From assembly GCA_017960855.1 (NCBI GenBank), contig JAGCYJ010000003.1, forward strand, positions 4,686-68,685: a stretch of DNA of 64,000 nt. The letters are read 5' to 3'. Source of the stretch: Alphaproteobacteria bacterium. Lineage in GTDB: Bacteria > Pseudomonadota > Alphaproteobacteria > Rs-D84. Below the pieces are notes generated by a model, which saw only the letters and a program-made list of their open reading frames with translations, was not told the origin of the DNA and did no database searches. Shown here one piece after another: positions 62,277 through 64,000 of this stretch (its first letter is position 1; the number at the start of each line of letters is the position of its first letter). The position numbers and the translations under genes were made by a program.

Positions 62277-63382
62277 TACTTTACTATTCCCCGAATTACA
62301 TCAACAACTTGCTTTGCTTCGTCCATCGTATTCCATGGTCCGACCGATATACGCACAGAACCATCAATTCCCATCACAGAATGTATCCACGAAGCACACA
62401 TATTACCAACACGAACACAAATATTATGCGCACCAATCAATGCCCCGAAATCCAGCACATGCATACCATCAACAACAAACGAAATTATTTTTGCATCACG
62501 AACACTCAGCAATTTTACACGTGGCATTTTTGACAATTCATCATATATATACGAAACAATGTCCGCCCCACCCGACCATGTACACCATTCTTTAATCGCA
62601 ATGGGCAAACCTGCAATTTGTGTTAATGGCAAAGTCCCTGCTTCAAACTTATTAGGTGCCGAATCAATATTCCATTTATCACCTGAAATTGTTTGCACCA
62701 TACCACCACCAAATTTATCAGGCGAAAACGAATCGGCATCTTTTATATACATTATGCCGACACCGGTATTCGCACCAATCTTGTGTCCCGAAAAACACAT
62801 AAAATCGCAACCCCATTCGCGCACATTGATTTGTTCGTGTGCAACATATTGCGCCGCATCAACAATCGTAATTACATTTGAATTATTTTTGCGTGCAGCA
62901 GAAATTATTTCCGCAACATTTTGTGCGACACCCAACACATTAGACATTGCGGTAATAACCACAACATCAGCGACTGGCATATTTTTATAATCTAAATCCA
63001 GATTGTCAGTCAGGGGTATTTTCACTATTTCCACCCGACCGTTCCGCGCAAGATTTTCCCATGGCATACGTGCACTGTGATGATCCAAGTCAGAAACCGC
63101 CACTGTTTTAACTTCTCGTGAATTGCAAATAATATTGACGATACGATTCATTGCATCTGTTGTTCCAGATGTAAATATCACACCACTTGCAGATTCGGCA
63201 CCAATGAATTTCGCCACATAACTGCGGGCATTTGCCAACATTTCGTCCGCCAATGCTGCACGGGCACAAACCCCCCGCCCCGTATTAGCGTACGAATTGC
63301 GCACAAAATCCCCCTCGGCTTCCATGACCGATTTGGGTTTCAATGCACTGGCCGCCGCATCTAAGTATATGATTTTATTCAT
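62276..63382 (-). CDS. sufS: Cysteine desulfurase (SufS-like class V aminotransferase)
   Basis: PLP-Lys motif FSGHKIGANTGVGIMY and catalytic Cys VRVGNMCASW. ATG at 63382 (MNKIIYLDAAAS). Confidence 0.85.
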   Translation of the reverse strand: MNKIIYLDAAASALKPKSVMEAEGDFVRNSYANTGRGVCARAALADEMLANARSYVAKFIGAESASGVIFTSGTTDAMNRIVNIICNSREVKTVAVSDLDHHSARMPWENLARNGRVEIVKIPLTDNLDLDYKNMPVADVVVITAMSNVLGVAQNVAEIISAARKNNSNVITIVDAAQYVAHEQINVREWGCDFMCFSGHKIGANTGVGIMYIKDADSFSPDKFGGGMVQTISGDKWNIDSAPNKFEAGTLPLTQIAGLPIAIKEWCTWSGGADIVSYIYDELSKMPRVKLLSVRDAKIISFVVDGMHVLDFGALIGAHNICVRVGNMCASWIHSVMGIDGSVRISVGPWNTMDEAKQVVDVIRGIVK

Positions 63383-63457
63383 TTTGTGTTTTCTCTTGCT
63401 TTTTTTGACGATTATAATACACTTTGCGACAATATCAATAACCAAGGGAGAAAAAAG

Positions 63458-63778
63458 ATGGCATTACAGCACGCAAATGATGAAACATTTTCCGCAATGA
63501 TTGGTGATGGCATAACATTGGTTGATTTCTGGGCGACTTGGTGTGGTCCATGTCGTATGTTTGGCCCGATTTTTGAATCTGTTTCGGAAAAAATGCCCGA
63601 TGTCAATTTTGTAAAATTTGAAATAGATGACACAAACCGTCGCACACCGGCAAAATACGGAATTCGCAGCATTCCAAGCGTTTTGGCTTTTAAAAATGGC
63701 GAACTGGTCGAGGCGCGCACCGGTCTTATGGACGAAGATACAGTTATCACATGGATTAATGAATTAAAGGCATCTTAA
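63458..63778 (+). CDS. trxA: Thioredoxin
   Basis: WCGPC active site. 106 aa. ATG at 63458 follows AGGGAG. Confidence 0.95.
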   Translation: MALQHANDETFSAMIGDGITLVDFWATWCGPCRMFGPIFESVSEKMPDVNFVKFEIDDTNRRTPAKYGIRSIPSVLAFKNGELVEARTGLMDEDTVITWINELKAS

Positions 63779-63779
63779 A

Positions 63780-64000
63780 ATGGCTACCAAGAAAAACTAT
63801 AAAACTATTGTATTACCAGAAAAGTACACCCCGAAAAAGACGGAACCATATATGTGTCCTGAACAGTTGGCGTACTTCTATCAAATATTAACCGCTCAAA
63901 AGCAGGAACTAGTGCACACATCGGATTCTGTCTTAAACTCTGTTCGTTTGGCGGACAAATCTGCATCTGACGGTGTTGGCGACGATTCGGATAACGCAAC
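63780..64000 (+). CDS. dksA: RNA-polymerase-binding factor DksA (3' end beyond window)
   Basis: Hand translation MATKKNYKTIVLPEKYTPKKTEPYMCPEQLAYFYQILTAQKQEL parallels E. coli DksA EEYMNEAQLAHFRRILEAWRNQL. No stop before nt 64000. Confidence 0.7.
   Translation, partial: MATKKNYKTIVLPEKYTPKKTEPYMCPEQLAYFYQILTAQKQELVHTSDSVLNSVRLADKSASDGVGDDSDNA

Noticed and set aside
62014-62595. Plus-strand ORF of 193 aa
   Set aside because: Antisense to sufT and sufS, both of which carry clear family motifs.
1-64000. CRISPR arrays, IS elements or transposases, integrases, prophage blocks, rRNA operons
   Set aside because: I looked for regularly spaced direct repeats, terminal inverted repeats, DDE or tyrosine-recombinase motifs and rRNA-like sequence. 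None was seen. The only dispersed repeats are the terminator hairpin families reported above.

Overview
This is a 64-kb chromosomal window from a low-GC Gram-negative bacterium. GC content was judged by eye, not computed. The DnaA, DnaN, ParE, FtsL, TolB/Pal, LolA and TatBC sequences look alphaproteobacterium-like, but this is inference because no database search was possible. I support about 71 protein-coding genes at very high coding density, with many 1-8 nt overlaps. I also support 2 tRNAs (Phe-GAA and Lys-CUU, both on the minus strand), about 17 intrinsic-terminator hairpins and several sigma70-like or sigma32-like promoters. I saw no rRNA, CRISPR array, transposase, integrase or prophage block.

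Housekeeping genes: pal, ftsEX, plsC, tolB, fba, efp, dnaN, uvrC, pgsA, dnaJ, parE, dnaA, dprA, plsY, rpsT, sufBC, ruvX, gatCAB, miaB, tatBC, lolA, nrnA-like, recJ, ftsI, ftsL, sufS/sufT/sufE, trxA and dksA (3' partial).

Envelope and accessory genes:
- A Slam/DUF560 outer-membrane protein with an adjacent TbpB-like surface lipoprotein (type XI secretion).
- An autotransporter and two small beta-barrel outer-membrane proteins.
- A degenerate SodC-like lipoprotein.
- An orphan TcpQ-like plus PilN-type secretin pair, next to a Sec-exported protein built from phage tail-fibre repeats.
- A type IV pilin-like gene in an operon with rluC-like, asmA and the c-di-AMP cyclase cdaA.
- A VirB2/TrbC-like small membrane protein.
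- A secreted trypsin-like protease translationally coupled to a glycine-zipper protein.
- An SNase-like nuclease coupled to an ABC exporter.

The most unusual observation is that the normally compact gatC-gatA-gatB-miaB translation-fidelity cluster is interleaved with six tightly packed, strongly basic ORFs of unknown function and an antisense tRNA-Phe. Two of these ORFs share a YxYRKPA motif that is conserved even at the DNA level.

All functional calls rest on motif and domain recognition by eye from the supplied translations. None has been verified by BLAST, HMM or structure prediction.
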